DNA from: Octopus sinensis
Taxonomy: Eukaryota
Reading direction: 5' to 3'
NCBI RefSeq assembly: GCF_006345805.1
Contig: NC_043018.1
Location: 8,866,001-8,930,000 of the forward strand
DNA: 64,000 nt
The position numbers and the translations under genes were made by a program. A model generated the notes under the pieces. It ran no database searches. It had not been told where the DNA came from and saw only the letters and a program-made list of their open reading frames with translations. The stretch's first letter is position 1; each line of letters begins with the position of its first letter. Positions 39,378 through 52,884 of this stretch are shown here, in pieces.

Positions 39378-40271
39378 TATATACGAGTGTATATATGCAT
39401 ATTTGGGAATGTATGTACATATGCATGTATGTATACACACAGACATGCACATGCACACATATACTGCATTAGTGTGTGTGTGTGTGTGTGTGTGTGTTAG
39501 AGAGAGAGAGAAATCCTTCCCTCTCAATTTACAGACTTCCTCGGTTTCTCGCCTAATAACATGTTAACATCCTGTTGATGACCTAAAAATTACTATTAAA
39601 AACCAAACCAACCGACCAGCCAGCCAACCGGCCGACTCTCCAACTCGTTAAGTGAATGAGTACTTCAAATGAGTTGTTGTCATTAAATGCCATGCATTTC
39701 TAGGTTGGAACCACAAGGTATTTAGATTTTGGCTCAGTACCGAAATAGTTCCTACACTCTCATTTGTTCAGTACTGAATTGGACTGTGTCAACTCAGTTG
39801 CTAAACCAACAAGGGTAACTCGCTCATGGTCGATGATCAGCTTCCTAGAAATCATAGCCAAATTGCTCTTAAACAGTGATAGATTACATGATGTCTTTAT
39901 AAAACTGACTGGTAGTGGTTAGAAAGGTTTTAATCATGTCATGTCTTTTGCATTTGTGCCCTGTTGAATCAGTCTCCTCCACATTTGTCTGTCATCTCTG
40001 AAAGACATTTTTTTTCCCAACAACTATTTCACATCCATTTCACAACATCTGCCTCTTCTTTTGCCATATACTGGTTCCCTTAGTAACAGTTGATGTTCAA
40101 CTTCACCTTTTCTTCACCAACAGTCTCTCACAAACTTAAGTCAGTGTTGTTTGAGAGTTTGTGTTAAAAATGGTAATATTTCCAGATAATAAACTGTTTT
40201 GGTAAATGTTGCTTCCAAGAGATATTCTTCATTCTTCTTAACAACTTGTTTTATATTCTATTTAGTCTGCT

Positions 40272-40766
40272 TTCTATAACTTCGTAAGTGTTTGGCATTT
40301 GAATCCATGTATAAATATGATTTCTACAATAGTTCTAAGAAAAAAAAAATGCATTTTGAGGTTATCAAGTAGACAAGCAAAACACCCCCTGTCCAATGGA
40401 CGGTGCTGAGTTGTCAAACATTTAAACCAAATTTTCTCAAAACAACTTGTCCAACCATCCAATAGGCTTCCCCTTTGAGAAACACTGATTTAACCTAAAT
40501 TTGAGACACCAGCAAAAGAAGAAATAAAGATAGACTTTTTTTCTATCCCAAAGAAAAACGATTTTATTGCATGTACAAATGCATGTTCCCACAGCTATAT
40601 CAATCACATTCTCACCTGGAATCGATTTTTGTAATTTTTTCAAGACTTATACACGACCTGATACCGTTGGTATCTACATATCAAATTTGAGCACAATCGG
40701 GTGGAGGATGCCCAAGATCCTAGAAGACACACACACAGGCAGACAGAACGAATTTTATATAATAGA
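40272..40766 (-). mobile_element. Helitron-like non-autonomous fragment
   Basis: The minus strand begins TCTATTATATAAAATTCGTTCTGTCTGCCTGTGTGT, a typical Helitron 5' end; it interrupts the LINE; the 3' end is unclear. Confidence 0.55.
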
Positions 40767-40907
40767 TTGACTGACATATTTTAAACATTTCGTTCATTGC
40801 TGACCATGCCAATTTGGTTTCTTTTTCACTGTCTCTCTTTGAGCTTTCTATCCACGATTCCAAATATTTGAAGTTAGTTAAAGTTTACACTTTTTCATGA
40901 TAAAATC

Positions 40908-41158
40908 CAGTGTTTCTCAACTATTTTCCCACCTGTGGACCCTCATAGCTGTTCAATGCTTAAAAAATCTTATTCTATTTTTTTAATTAAATATTATTAG
41001 AAATAGTATATAAGAAAAATTGTTAAAATATTTTGTGTATTGTAGAATTATAACCAATTATTGCGAATAAATTTTATTAACAAAAGCTTGCATTGACCCC
41101 CAAGGGCCATATGGGTTCCTAAGGGTCATATGTATCTAAAGGGGGTTGAGAACCACTG
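40908..41158. mobile_element. hAT MITE inside the LINE remnant
   Basis: CAGTGTTTCTCAAC / GTTGAGAACCACTG; TSD ATAAAATC / ATATAATC. Confidence 0.85.
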
Positions 41159-41938
41159 ATATAATCACTTGTTCTTGTTGACTGAAAACCATAAACTCAA
41201 TCTTGGCATCATTGCAGTCTGATCTGTCTGGCATCTTCATTGAACCATTTAATCAGTGGTTGAGCTTCTTTCATAAGTATTAAAAGTAAGAGATATATCA
41301 TTGATATATAATCTCTATCAGTTATAATCACAGTATTGACCACCGGACCATCAGATGCTGTCTGATGCCGAGGGTCACAGAATGCCTTCAGTTCGGTCTT
41401 GATTGCACCATTCTTTTCTATCTTGACCCAAATTGCATAGCTAAATTGTCTTCCCATCGTTATAGACGCCTTCCAAGCAGCTTTTTCTGATCTCTTGGAT
41501 ACCACTCAGTGACTGCATGGGTCCACCTGTTGTCTGTGAACCTTGTGAACTGTCTGGTCTTGTGGAACTTGTGCTTGTGATACTCTCCGATCACATCATC
41601 CACTCCTCTCCGTTTTCATAATAACTGTTTTTTTTCTACATTTGATGTGGCAGTCGGTGGTGACCAATTCAAAGTTACAATGAATAGGAACAGAGCAAGT
41701 CTACCTCCTTACAGTACTCCAACCAGGATCTCGAAGAATTCTGTGTCACCATCGGGTGATAAAAATCCAAGTGACAGTCTCTTTGTTGAGAATGTTGATT
41801 GTATATTTGATGGTTCCTGGGACACACTATCTCTTGAGAATCTACAGCAGTTTGACTCAGTGAATTTATTATAGTTCTGCTTAGTCATGGCTGACCCGGG
41901 ACTACTACTACTACTACCACCACCACCACCACCACTAT

Positions 41939-41969
<31 letters not shown>

Positions 41970-41975
41970 CACTAT

Positions 41976-42006
<31 letters not shown>

Positions 42007-42223
42007 GCCTGTCTCAACGTGCTGACAGTTGTCTTCACTGAAATCCATTCCATGCCCAACACCCACTATTTCTGTTTCCTCCTCATACTACATCTCTCAC
42101 TTCCACTGTCGACCAAAGGGGAAGCCGCTACGCAGTCATTTTGATCTGCTCAAAGATAGCAACCAAATTTAACCTCAAATTACATTCTGCTGTCTTAAAA
42201 ACGGAGGGACATGACGCAGTCTT

Positions 42224-42460
42224 GGGCGGCGAGCTGGCAGAAACGTTAGCACGCTGGGAGAAATGCTTTGCAGTATTTCGTCTGCCGTTACGTTCTGAGT
42301 TCAAATTCCGCCGAGGTCGACTTTGCCTTTCATCCTTTCGGGGTCGATAAATTAAGCACCAGTTACGCACTGAGGTCGATGTAATCGACTTAATACCTGT
42401 CTGTCCTTGTTTGTCCTCTCTGTGTTTAGCCCCTTGTGGGTAGTAAAGAAATAGGTATTC
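42224..42460 (+). mobile_element. SINE family B
   Basis: Family B head and central domain. Confidence 0.88.
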
Positions 42461-43034
42461 TAGAAGTTTTGTTCTGTAGCACACATGGCATGCTATATAC
42501 AAACTCCATCTACCTGTATTATTGTCAGAGCACGTAGCTTACAGTAGTTCACATTTAAATCCTGTGTTTATTAAATAACACACACACACACACACACACA
42601 TACGCTTGAGGATGGTTCGTTGAATCCAGTACAAGTGAGGGATAATATATAAACATCTGTAATAACACAATTATCTCCCTTACAACTATTTTTACATCTT
42701 TTTCACACAGAGAAACAAATACAGTGTGTGTGTGTGTGTGTGCACGTGCTGGTTTTCATTGTTTTCTGTCATCTTATGTAAGCTGATCATACAGCATCCT
42801 TTCCCCCCCTCTCAGTTTTCCCTTTGTGTGTGTCTCTCTCTCCCTCCCTCTCATTAACGCTTAGTACGTTTAATCTGTCGTATGGCCTTGGCGGCATTTA
42901 TGAAACATTTGGATGAGATCTCCTTACCGCCCGCACTTGCTCCTTGCCACCCTCGGAGGCCCTACAAGAAAGAGCATCAGTGTTGTTCTTCATCCACCAA
43001 GTACCCATAATGTGTGTGTGTATTATATGTATAT

Positions 43035-43425
43035 CATCATCATCATCATCGTTTAACGTCCGCTTTCCATGCCGGCATGGGTTGGACGGTTCAACTGGGG
43101 TCTGGGAAGCCAGAAGGCTGCACCAGGCCCAGCCTGATCTGGCAGAGTTCCTACAGCTGGATGCCCTTCCTAACTCCAACCACTCCAAGAGCGTAGGGGG
43201 TGCTTTTTATGTGCCACCGGCACATGTGCCAGACGAGGCTTGCAAACGGCCACGATCGGATGGTGCTTTTTACGTGCCACCGCACGGAGGCCAGGTGAGG
43301 CTGGCAATGGCCACGATTGGATGGTGCTTTTTACGTGCCACTGGCACGGAGGCCAGTCGGGGCGACGCTGGCAGTGGCCACGTTTGGATGGTTCTCTTAT
43401 GTGCCACCGGCACTGGTATCACAGC
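43035..43425 (-). mobile_element. SINE family C with ~55-bp subrepeats
   Basis: Accounts for much of the spurious 263-aa ORF at 42944. Confidence 0.85.
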
Positions 43426-44764
43426 TATATATACACACTTACATTATAGGTGCAGGGGTGGCTCTGTGGTAAGAAGCTTGCTTCTCAACCACATGGTTCC
43501 AGGTTTAGTCTCACTGCATGGCACCTTGGCCAAGTGTCTTCCACTACAGCCTTGGGCCCACCAAAGCCTTGTGAGTGGATTTGGTCGACAGAAACTAAAA
43601 AAAGGCCCATTGCACGCATGCCCACGCACACACACACACACAACCAGACTGGAACCTGATGCAGTTTCCCAGCTTGCCAGCTCTGGTCAAACTGTCCAAC
43701 CCTTGCCAGCATCATCATCCTTTAATGGACGTTAAAGGATGATGATGGGGAAGGGGAAAAAAAGAAAAAAGTCCAGTAATTTTCATTTTTAGGGTGGTGC
43801 ATACACACACACATGGTTAAATGATATGTGTATTTATATATACACTGTATATCTATCTATGTATCCTCTCTCTCTCTCTCTGTATATATATATATATGTA
43901 TATATGTATATATATATAATGAATGTAAACCCTAACTGTGAAACCCAGACCCCTAAATGCAGTGCATTTCTTCTATGTTATTTCTTTAGTGCACTTATAA
44001 TGCACCTGGTTAAATAGACATGTAATTAATATTCCTGAACCTTTATCATCTGCCCCCTGCAGTCAGCTGCATGCCTTAACTACTTAAAAGTATGTATGGG
44101 TATGGATACGGGGTGGGGGGGCAACGACTTGCAGTGAAATAACTAAAACAACAAGCAAAATCCCTAAAAAAGTAAAACTAAGCTGTCAGTCATAATGATT
44201 AGAAGAAGTGAACCCTAACCGTGAGGTAGGGGTCAGGGTACTGTTTAGAAAGTCATTAAGTATTTATTTTGTATCAGAGAAGTCCTGTATACTCTTACGT
44301 ATTTTTGTTTTTAAATGAGTGTATATCTCTCAGGTTTCTTAATTGGTTTAGGCAACAATTTTTTCCCCCTTAATTTTCTTCATTAATTAATCATGAACAA
44401 AATGTGTTTATACTTGGCACTGGTCCTGTTTGTGTGATGGTCACTGTCACTTTTCTTGGTGAGAAACGGACAAAAAAGGGAAACAGTGACCAACTGCCTA
44501 CTTATATACAAGAAATGGTTAATTTATTATTCCTTGGAACTCCTGGGGTCTTGCATGCTTAATAGGCTTAAGGCCTGAAATTTTGCGGGAGGGCACTAGT
44601 TGATTACATCAACCCCAGTGTTTCACTGATACTTAATTTATCGACCCTGAAAGGGTGAAAGGCAAAGTCAACCTTGGCAGTATTTGAACCCAGAATGTAA
44701 AGGCTGACGAAATCCTGCTAAGCATTCTGCCCGGTGTATTAATGATTCTGCACAATCCTCTTAA

Positions 44765-45460
44765 GTACAAAATAGCCCAGCTAATGAAGATGAAGATAGT
44801 GCCAATTATTGTTGGGTCCTTGGGGACAGTATCTGAAGGCATCAAGAAGAATACAAAGGAAATCGGAATAAAGTGCCTGGATCTTTTCGGTTTGAACGGC
44901 AGTTTTTCTAGCAGTGTCATATGAAATTGTCACCCATAATTATGACCCTAGTATCGATCTATTACATTTCAATCTGTTTTAGGGTTAAGGTTAGGGGGAA
45001 GGGTATCTTTTTTTTCTTTACAAATGTAAATAAACCCAATCTGTTTCTTAAACGAGGGACATATTCATACGGCACAGAATGTATTTTACCTCAGTGGACG
45101 TCATTGATTGGTTGAAATTGCAGAAATTGATGAAAAAAACCAACAAATATCTTACAAACTATAGAATTTTCTCAATAAAGCCGAGAGAAAAAGATGTTTT
45201 ATAAACACATTCTAACAGTATACGAAGTTTAAAAGTGTTTAGTTACGTGGAAATTATGTTAAAAACTGCCGTTCAAACCGAAAAGATCCAGTAAAATTGT
45301 TACAAAAGACTTGCCCCCTTGGTACAGACAGAATAATCAAGAGTATCAAATAGTTGAAAAGAACAAATAGCACTGTACCGTAGGCTGCAGGTAGTAAGCC
45401 CGACACGCATGCAAGACTCCAGGAGTTCCAACAAAACCCTAGTTAAAAAGAATAATAATA
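44765..45460 (+). pseudogene. 3' end of an R4/Dong-type RLE non-LTR retrotransposon split by a MITE
   Basis: MKIVPIIVGSLGTVSEGIKKNTKEIGIKC before the MITE and VKLLQKTCPLGTDRIIK after it; (AAT)n tail at 45451. Confidence 0.75.
44879..45289. mobile_element. Merlin-like MITE
   Basis: Both TIRs are intact; same orientation as 683-1088. Confidence 0.9.
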
Positions 45461-46297
45461 ATTAACAGGAGTTAAGAAAATATTTATTTTCCTCTCGACC
45501 GGTTCTTGTGTAAGAAGGCAGTTGTTCTCTGGTTCCCTTTTTTTTGCCTGTTTCGCACAAAGAAAAGTTATTGTTATTATTTTAAAGGGATCAGGGGTAT
45601 AAAGTAATTACAGTTGTGGGTGGTACATAATGAACCTATGTAAGGATACACAAAAATGTAGTGAGTCACCTAATGTGACTCCTCACCACCTCCATCTTCT
45701 ATCCCGGATCACGCTGTCTCGCTGCCGGGATCGTGTTGACTTTGTAAATCTGGCTTCAAGTCACTCACACATGTCATTATTAGAATAATTGGAGAAATTA
45801 TGAAACAAGGTTCTCTCTCTCTCTCTCCCTCTTTTTTTTCTCTCCTTCCTCCTCTAATTCTATTTAAGTGCTGTCAAAGTGGGGAGGAAAACCCACATTT
45901 AATTCCTTTTTTTTCTTTCTTTTTTCTTTGTGGTTATTTTAGTACTTTTTATTTTTGTTCTTGATTTTTGTATTTTTTTAAATCCCTGTTTCATGGACAT
46001 TTTCAACATACTTCAGATCCACAACTGTAACTTCAAAGTTACAGTCGTCGTCGTCGTCGTCAGCCAGACTTCCCCCACTCATTTACCATTTTACCATTGC
46101 ATGATACCCCCCACCTCCACCTCCCCTCCCTCCTCCGCTCCTCCTCCTCCTCCTCCTCTACATTTACCAAAGTTGGTATTGCATACCACTGTAATTGTTT
46201 CTTCTTCCATGTTATTAAATAAACACCAAGCTTGTGATGGATGGCGTCCTGCTTTAAGAAGCAGTTGGGGAGAACGGTGTTGTTGTTGGTGTTGGTG

Positions 46298-46329
<32 letters not shown>

Positions 46330-46872
46330 GGTGGTGGTGGGTATGGCAGAATGCACACAAATCCCACCCCCTTTTAATAAAAAATGAAATAAGAAGAAGA
46401 AGAAGAATAAATAAAATTGCAGACAGAAAGTCCGAAATTACATTTAATGTAAAGTTAATGTTTGGTCTAAGTTATTCAACCATAACAGAATGAAATATAT
46501 TTTTAAAAAAATAAAAAAGAGGAAAAAGGCGATGGGTGGTGGTGGTGGTGGTGGTGGTGGTGGTGCCTGAAATAAAACAACATTAATAAATGCATGTGTC
46601 AAGGATGTGGAAGTGAGAGAGGATAGCGAAATGGTGCATGTAATAGAGAAATAAAGGTCCTTCCCAAGTTACACAAATTCCATAGGGCCGGTTCCCCAGT
46701 TTCTGTGGTGCATATATGTATTATTCCCCTGGATGGGAAGCCAGTCCATTGCAGGATTACTCACTATTGCCAGCCGAGTGGTCTGCAGCAATGTGAAATG
46801 AAGTGTTTTGCTCAAGAACACAATGCATCGCTTGGTCCAGGAATTGAAACCACAATCTTACAACCACGAGTA

Positions 46873-48170
46873 AGGTGGTGAGGTGGCAGAATTGTTAGGA
46901 CACTGGACAGAATGCTTAGCAATATTCTGTCTGTCCTTATATTCTGAGTTCAAATTCTGCCAAGGTTGACTTTGCCTTTCATCCTTTCTGGGTTGACAAA
47001 AACAGTACCAGTTGAATACTGGGGTTGATGTAATTGACTTACCCACTCCTTCAAGAATTGCTGGCTTTGTGCCAAACTGTGAAACCAATCTTACCATCAT
47101 GAGTCCCACACCCGAACCACTAAGCCATGTGCTTCCACTATATAATGTAATAGAGGTGACTATCAGTTCTCAGAAGTAGCCAGTCGAGGGGAGGGAATAG
47201 AAGGTGGCGAGCTGGCAGAAACGTTAGCACAGCCGGGCGAAATGCTTAACGGTATTTCATCTGCCGCTACGTTCTGAGTTCAAATTCCGCCAAGGTCGAC
47301 TTTGTCTTTCATCCTTTCAGGGTCAATGAAATAAGCACCAGTTACTCACTGGGGTCGATCTAATCGTCTTAATCTGTTTGTCTGTCCTTGTTTGTCCCCT
47401 CTGTGTTTAGCCCCTTGTGGGTAGTAAAGAAATAGGAATAGGTGGGTGTAGAGCTGTGTCAGAAACATGCATGGCTGTGTGCATGGTTAGGAAGTTAGCT
47501 TTTCAACCAGATGGTTTGGGTTCAGTCCCACTATGCAGCACTTTGAGTGTCTCCTAGTATAAACGAATCAAATTACATGCACCCCCTCCACACACACATA
47601 GGCAGAGGTGTGTCTGTGTAGTAAGAAGTTTGCTTCTCAACCGCAGAGTTCTGTCTTCTACTCTGGTCCTGGGCTGAGCCAACCAATGCCTTGGGAGTGA
47701 ATTTGGTTAACAGAAACTGAAAGAAGCCTGAAAGGTGGCGAGGTGGCAGAAACATTAGCACACTGGGCAAAATGCTTAGCAGTATTTCGTCTGCTGTTAC
47801 ATTCTGAGTTCAAATTCTGCCATCCTTTCATCCTTTCGGGGTCGATAAATTAAGTACCAGTTATGCACTGGGGTCGATGTGATTGACTTAATCATTTTGT
47901 CTGTCCTTGTTTGCCCCCTCTCTGTTTAGCCCCTTGTGGGCAATAAACAAATAAGAAACGTTAGCACACCGGGCAAAATGCTTAGTGGTATTTCATCTGC
48001 TGTTAGGTTCTGAGTTCAAATTTTGCTGAGATTGACTTTGCCTTTCATACTTTTGGGGTCGATAAATTAAGTACCAGTTATGCACTGGGGTCATTGTAAT
48101 CGACTTAATCCCTTTGTCTATCCTTGTTTGTCCCCTCTGTGTTTAGCTCCTTGTGGGCAATAAAGAAATC
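46873..48170 (+). mobile_element. Cluster of family B SINEs (46873, 47202, 47733) with nested family A fragments
   Basis: Repeated family B heads and central domains. Confidence 0.8.
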
Positions 48171-48441
48171 AGAAACTGAAAGAAGCCTGTTGTGTGTGTG
48201 TGTCACTGTCTCCTTGCCTTGATATTGCGTGATTGTTGTAAACAAGTGTTGCCATCTTGGATGTGATGTCCTTCGTTTCCAACCTTCCATGAGGACATGA
48301 TTGGAAATGTCTGGCCATGAGAAAATATTACCTTACTTGGGAAACATGTGAGAATTGGCAACAGGAAGGGCATCCGGCTGTAGAAAATCTGCCGCAACAA
48401 ATTCCTTCTAACCCATTGCAAGCGTGGTTAAGTGGGCTTAG

Positions 48442-49026
48442 CCCTTTCAATACCAACCCGGCTGAAACCGCCTCTGACTCTGTAGTACAAATGTCATGTT
48501 TACATAAGTTTTGAATTTAAATCTTCCACCAAACCTTAGTCACAATTTATGTTCTTAACACTAGCTTAATGATAATGAACATCTCTCTATATATAAACGG
48601 CAAAATGTCTGTGTGCGTGTCCTTTATACAAATCCACAATTTTTCAGTTAGAGGGCTCGCACTTTCTATGGTCATTCAAAACTGTCCAAGGGTGGTCATG
48701 CACATCTTTACATTTCTCCAGTCACCCCACAAAGCCATTAAAAAATCAATAGAAGTGACTTTTTTGTGAATTTTCTATCCCAAACCCAATCAAAATGCCC
48801 GAAACTTGATATGCCAATTGAATGCCAGCTAGCTGTATGTGATTGGTCAGAGATTTGGACAGTACTCGCGTGTATGTGCGCACGCACGCAGCTGTATATG
48901 CATGCACTAGCATTATGACCCGGCGTTGCTGGGTCATAGTGCTAGCATTTTATTGAATTCTTTGTTATATTTAAAATGATTGAAAGAAACACAAAGCATC
49001 TCAAAGTAAATACGGTAACAAAAGGG
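48442..49026. mobile_element. piggyBac-like MITE hosting a Helitron
   Basis: TTAG|CCCTTT...AAAGGG|TTAA ends; the interior resembles the repeat at 28.08-29.28 kb. Confidence 0.55.
48582..48945 (+). mobile_element. Non-autonomous Helitron
   Basis: 5' TCTCTCTATATATAAA; subterminal hairpin ATGACCCGGC-GTT-GCTGGGTCAT; 3' CTAG; no TSD. Confidence 0.8.
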
Positions 49027-49059
49027 TTAAAACGATGATGATGATTGAGTTCATATAAG

Positions 49060-49189
<130 letters not shown>

Positions 49190-49904
49190 TACAATACTCA
49201 TGCCACTGAGGTGTTGAACTACTAGTATGAACCCTGTGGTGTTTACTTGTTTAATTAGAGAAGGGTGAGGAAATGACTAACCCCCTTCAGACCCCCACCC
49301 ACATTGGTGAGATTGATTTAGATGTTGTTCTGTTTGAAGGCGTTATGGTGTTGTTTCCTTAAACAAGACATTCAGCTCCTGCTGGCTTCGGCGTACACAA
49401 AGCAAACAGTGTCATACACGTTTGTTCCCAGTTAGGAAGGATTGGCCGTTTTATTTGCTGTTTTGATTCTCCCAATTATTTCTAAAGCTGGGTTCCTTCT
49501 TCTTTCTACTTCACAACCTTGGAAAAGCAGTAGAAGCTTTTATTTAATATTTTCTCTTATTTACTTGTTTCAGTAGTTAGACTGTGGCCATGCTGGGGCA
49601 CCACACTGAAGAATTTTAGTCAAATAAATCAACCCCAATACTTCTTTTTAATCTAACTATGGTACTTTTTTTGTCAGTGTTTGCCAAACTGCTACATTAA
49701 GGGGTCATAAACAAACTAATGCCTTTAAGGGTTTTAGTCAAACAATGCGCAACCCCAGGACTTGTACTTGTTCTGTTGGTTTCTTTTGCCAAACTGCTGG
49801 ATTACAGGGAGGTAAACACACCAACACCGGTTATCATGTGGAACTGGCGGACAAAGATACATGCAAGCATATATATATATATATATATATATGATAATTT
49901 CTAC

Positions 49905-50840
49905 CACCCATGGGACCAGATTAGTATTGGGGAAAGATGCAAGGAGTGTGTGAAAGCTAGAATAGACATTCAGAGAGGTGTCATGTCTGTTGGTTACGAA
50001 AGGTTCCTCTCTCCAAGGAAAAGGAAGATTGTATGATGCATGTGATGCATATACAGACAGCAGTTCTACATGGTAGTGAGATGTAGGTCCTGAATGCAAA
50101 GGTTAGAAAGAAATGGGGCTAGTATTGCTCCACTGTATACTCTTTTACTCTTTAACTTGTTTCAGTCATTTGACTGTGGCCATGCTGGAGCACCACCTTT
50201 AGTCAAATAAATTGACCCCAGGGCTTGTTCTTTGTAAGCCTAGTACTTATTCTATCGGTCTCTTTTGCCAAACCACTAAGTTACAGGTACGTAAACACAC
50301 CAGCATCGGTTGTCAAGCGATGTTGGGGAGACAAACACAGACACACACATGTACATATACCTATATACGACAGGCTTCTTTCAGTTTCCGTCTACCAAAT
50401 CCACTCACAAGGCTTTGGTCGGCTCGAGGCTATAGTAGAAGACACTTGCCCAAGGTGCCACACAGTGGGACTGAACCTGGAACCATGTGGTTGATAAGCA
50501 AGCTACTTATCTCACAGTCACTCTTGCGCCTGCATATGTATAATGTAAGTGTACATGTTCGACCAAGTGCTAGTGTACTGAGATAGAAGTTAGGCATAAG
50601 AGGAGTTAGTTGTGTGCAAGAGAGAAGAGTGCGCTGATTTGGTCACGTGATGCAGATGGATGCTGACAGCTCCATAAAGAAGTTCTGATCTCTCAAAGTG
50701 GATGGAACACATGGAAGTGGGAGATCCAGGAAGACATGGGATGAAGTGCCGAAGAATGACCTCAGTACGCTGAACCTTTCAGTCAAGATGATGTGGGACT
50801 GAGATGCCTGGTGCCTTGCTGTATTCAAGAAGGCCTGTAC
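49905..50840 (+). pseudogene. RTE LINE 3' remnant split by a SINE
   Basis: KGRLYDAC..TAVLHGSE; VQERRVR*FGHVMQM; VDGTHGSGRSRKTWDEV. Confidence 0.8.
50140..50533 (-). mobile_element. SINE family A
   Basis: Reverse-complement match to family A. Confidence 0.88.
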
Positions 50841-50984
50841 TCTGCAGCAGAAGTGTTAAGGCAGCAAGCTGGCAGAAACGTTAGCACGCGGGGTGAAATA
50901 CTTAGTGGTATTTCATCTGCCATTACGTTCTGAGTTCAAATTCCGCCGAGGTCGACTTTGCCTTTTATCCTTTCGGGGTCGAAC

Positions 50985-51859
50985 ATTGACCTGATGAAAG
51001 AACATCTTTCATCTTGAAACCAAAGATAGTCATTTTGCTTCTAGCACTGACTTAAGCTGCTCGCAGTAGATCTCCTTTGTTATCATTTGGTTTGGGGTTA
51101 AAAGTTCAAAGTGGACTAAACATTTCATATCCTACCAAATAGAGAACAACACCTTACATGGGTAAAGACCTTTAGCGTGGGGAACCAGTATTTCTCCTTT
51201 CCCTACCCACTGTCCTCAACGCTTGACATTTTTATAGAGAACCCATTTCTTGTCACTAGTCACATTTCAGTCCAAAAAGATTGATTTGTGAGATGTGACA
51301 ACAAAAAAGAGCACACATTCACTCTCTCTGGGCAATTAGACTCGGAAAATTTGTGAGTAACCATTGACCCAATTTGCTGACTTTTCTGATGGTACGCAGG
51401 TGTCGATGAATGGTTGAATGACAAATCCAAGCTTCTCTGCTAGTTCCACAACAGTTACCATAGGATTTTGTTTCACCAGGGTTTGCAGGACGTCCTCATC
51501 GAGCTCTTCAGATCTTCCAGGATGAGGCTCATCGGCTCTTTTCCTTTAGATAGACAGAATTCAATCCAATTTCTAGTTAACTAAACAATTTGAAACTTCG
51601 TATACTGGTAGAATGTGTTAAAAGAAAACATTATTTTCACTTGGCTTTTTTGATAAATTTGTAATTTGTAAGTTTAACGTAGTTTAATTCTTCGAATTTT
51701 AACCAATGAATCGCCAGTATTTGAGCTCAAATCATTTTCTGCGTCTAAAAACTCAGACAACATCCTGTTACTGTTTGTTTTCGTTTTTCGTCCCTTCTCT
51801 CACTCAGTCCGTCTCTCTATTATCTACATATGTAAATACAAACATACGTATAAACACTC

Positions 51860-51893
<34 letters not shown>

Positions 51894-52381
51894 ATGCACA
51901 CACGTGTATATAAACATATATACACACAATATGGGAATACATACATACGCATACAAATATATAAATACACATACATATGTAAATACAAACACACACATTT
52001 CATATAATCTTCCACATTCTTTACGTTTCACAAACATACACACACACAACACATTCTACACATCTTTATACACACTCTCAGTTTCACTATCACACACCAT
52101 CGCACATCTTCAACAAGCTGCATGAAGGCCTCTTCATCCACTGCTTTTCATTTCACTGTCCGCATAAGCATCACATCTACACACCACATACATACTCCTT
52201 TATATATACTGTTATACACTATCGCACGTTTTATACACTCTACATATAGTCCTGTATACACGCTGCCATACGTATCACATCTACACACCATATATACACC
52301 AATTGCCTGTAGTCTTGTGTATATATACGATTAAATCAAGGATATAAAAATCCTCATAAAGGGATGTTAGCATTTCTTTTT

Positions 52382-52471
<90 letters not shown>

Positions 52472-52884
52472 TATATATATGCGTGTGTATGTGATTATAT
52501 GATGTGTAGGGGTGTAAGGTGGTGTACATATATAGAAGACAAGACAGAGCACTTATTACACGTAGTATAATTTATCAAAAAAGCCAAGTGAAAATAATGT
52601 TTTCTTTTGACACATTCTACCAGTATATGAAGTTTCAAATTGTGTAGTTAACTAGAAATTGGGTTGAATTCTGTCTATCTAAAGGAAAAGATCCGGCTCG
52701 GAATTCTGTCTATCTAAAGGAAAAGATCCGGCTCATCTTCTACGCTGTAGTTTCCGCCTGGGAATTTCTGGAACCACTGTTGACACTAGCTTACGCTTAT
52801 TGTCTGATCCCCATATACTACATTAATATTCCTTGCACTTTCCGTAGCAAAAATATGCCAAATATGCTCCTTTGTCACTTCCAT
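50985..52884 (-). pseudogene. Decayed mariner transposase split by a 1.2-kb TIR element
   Basis: MEVTKEHI..ARNINVVYG..QWFQKF..SVEDEP|HPGRS..STIHRHL..LGQW..VTSDKKWVLYKN..VHFELL..FFHQVN; contains stops and frameshifts. Confidence 0.85.
51534..52729. mobile_element. Merlin-like non-autonomous element with ~125-bp TIRs and 8-bp TSD
   Basis: GGCTCTTTTCCTTTAGATAGACAGAATTC.. and its reverse complement; TSD GGCTCATC at 51526 and 52730; the right terminus is duplicated. Confidence 0.88.

Larger units (their letters stand above)
39960..41890 (-). pseudogene. Highly decayed RTE/RTEX LINE reverse transcriptase, split by two insertions
   Basis: Motifs occur in the expected order: SPDGDTEFFEILVGVL*G..LALFLF; ITDRDY.NDISL (YADD-like); NFKYLESWI..LAWSA; NISWKQH..LLL.EP.YGKR. 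Confidence 0.8.

Noticed and set aside
42944-43735. Longest ORF in the track (263 aa)
   Set aside because: It runs through a family C SINE, a family A SINE and microsatellites; a chance open frame.
45930-46493. 187-aa ORF with poly-Pro, Cys and Trp runs
   Set aside because: It is built from (CCT)n, (GTT)n and (GGT)n repeats; no domain.
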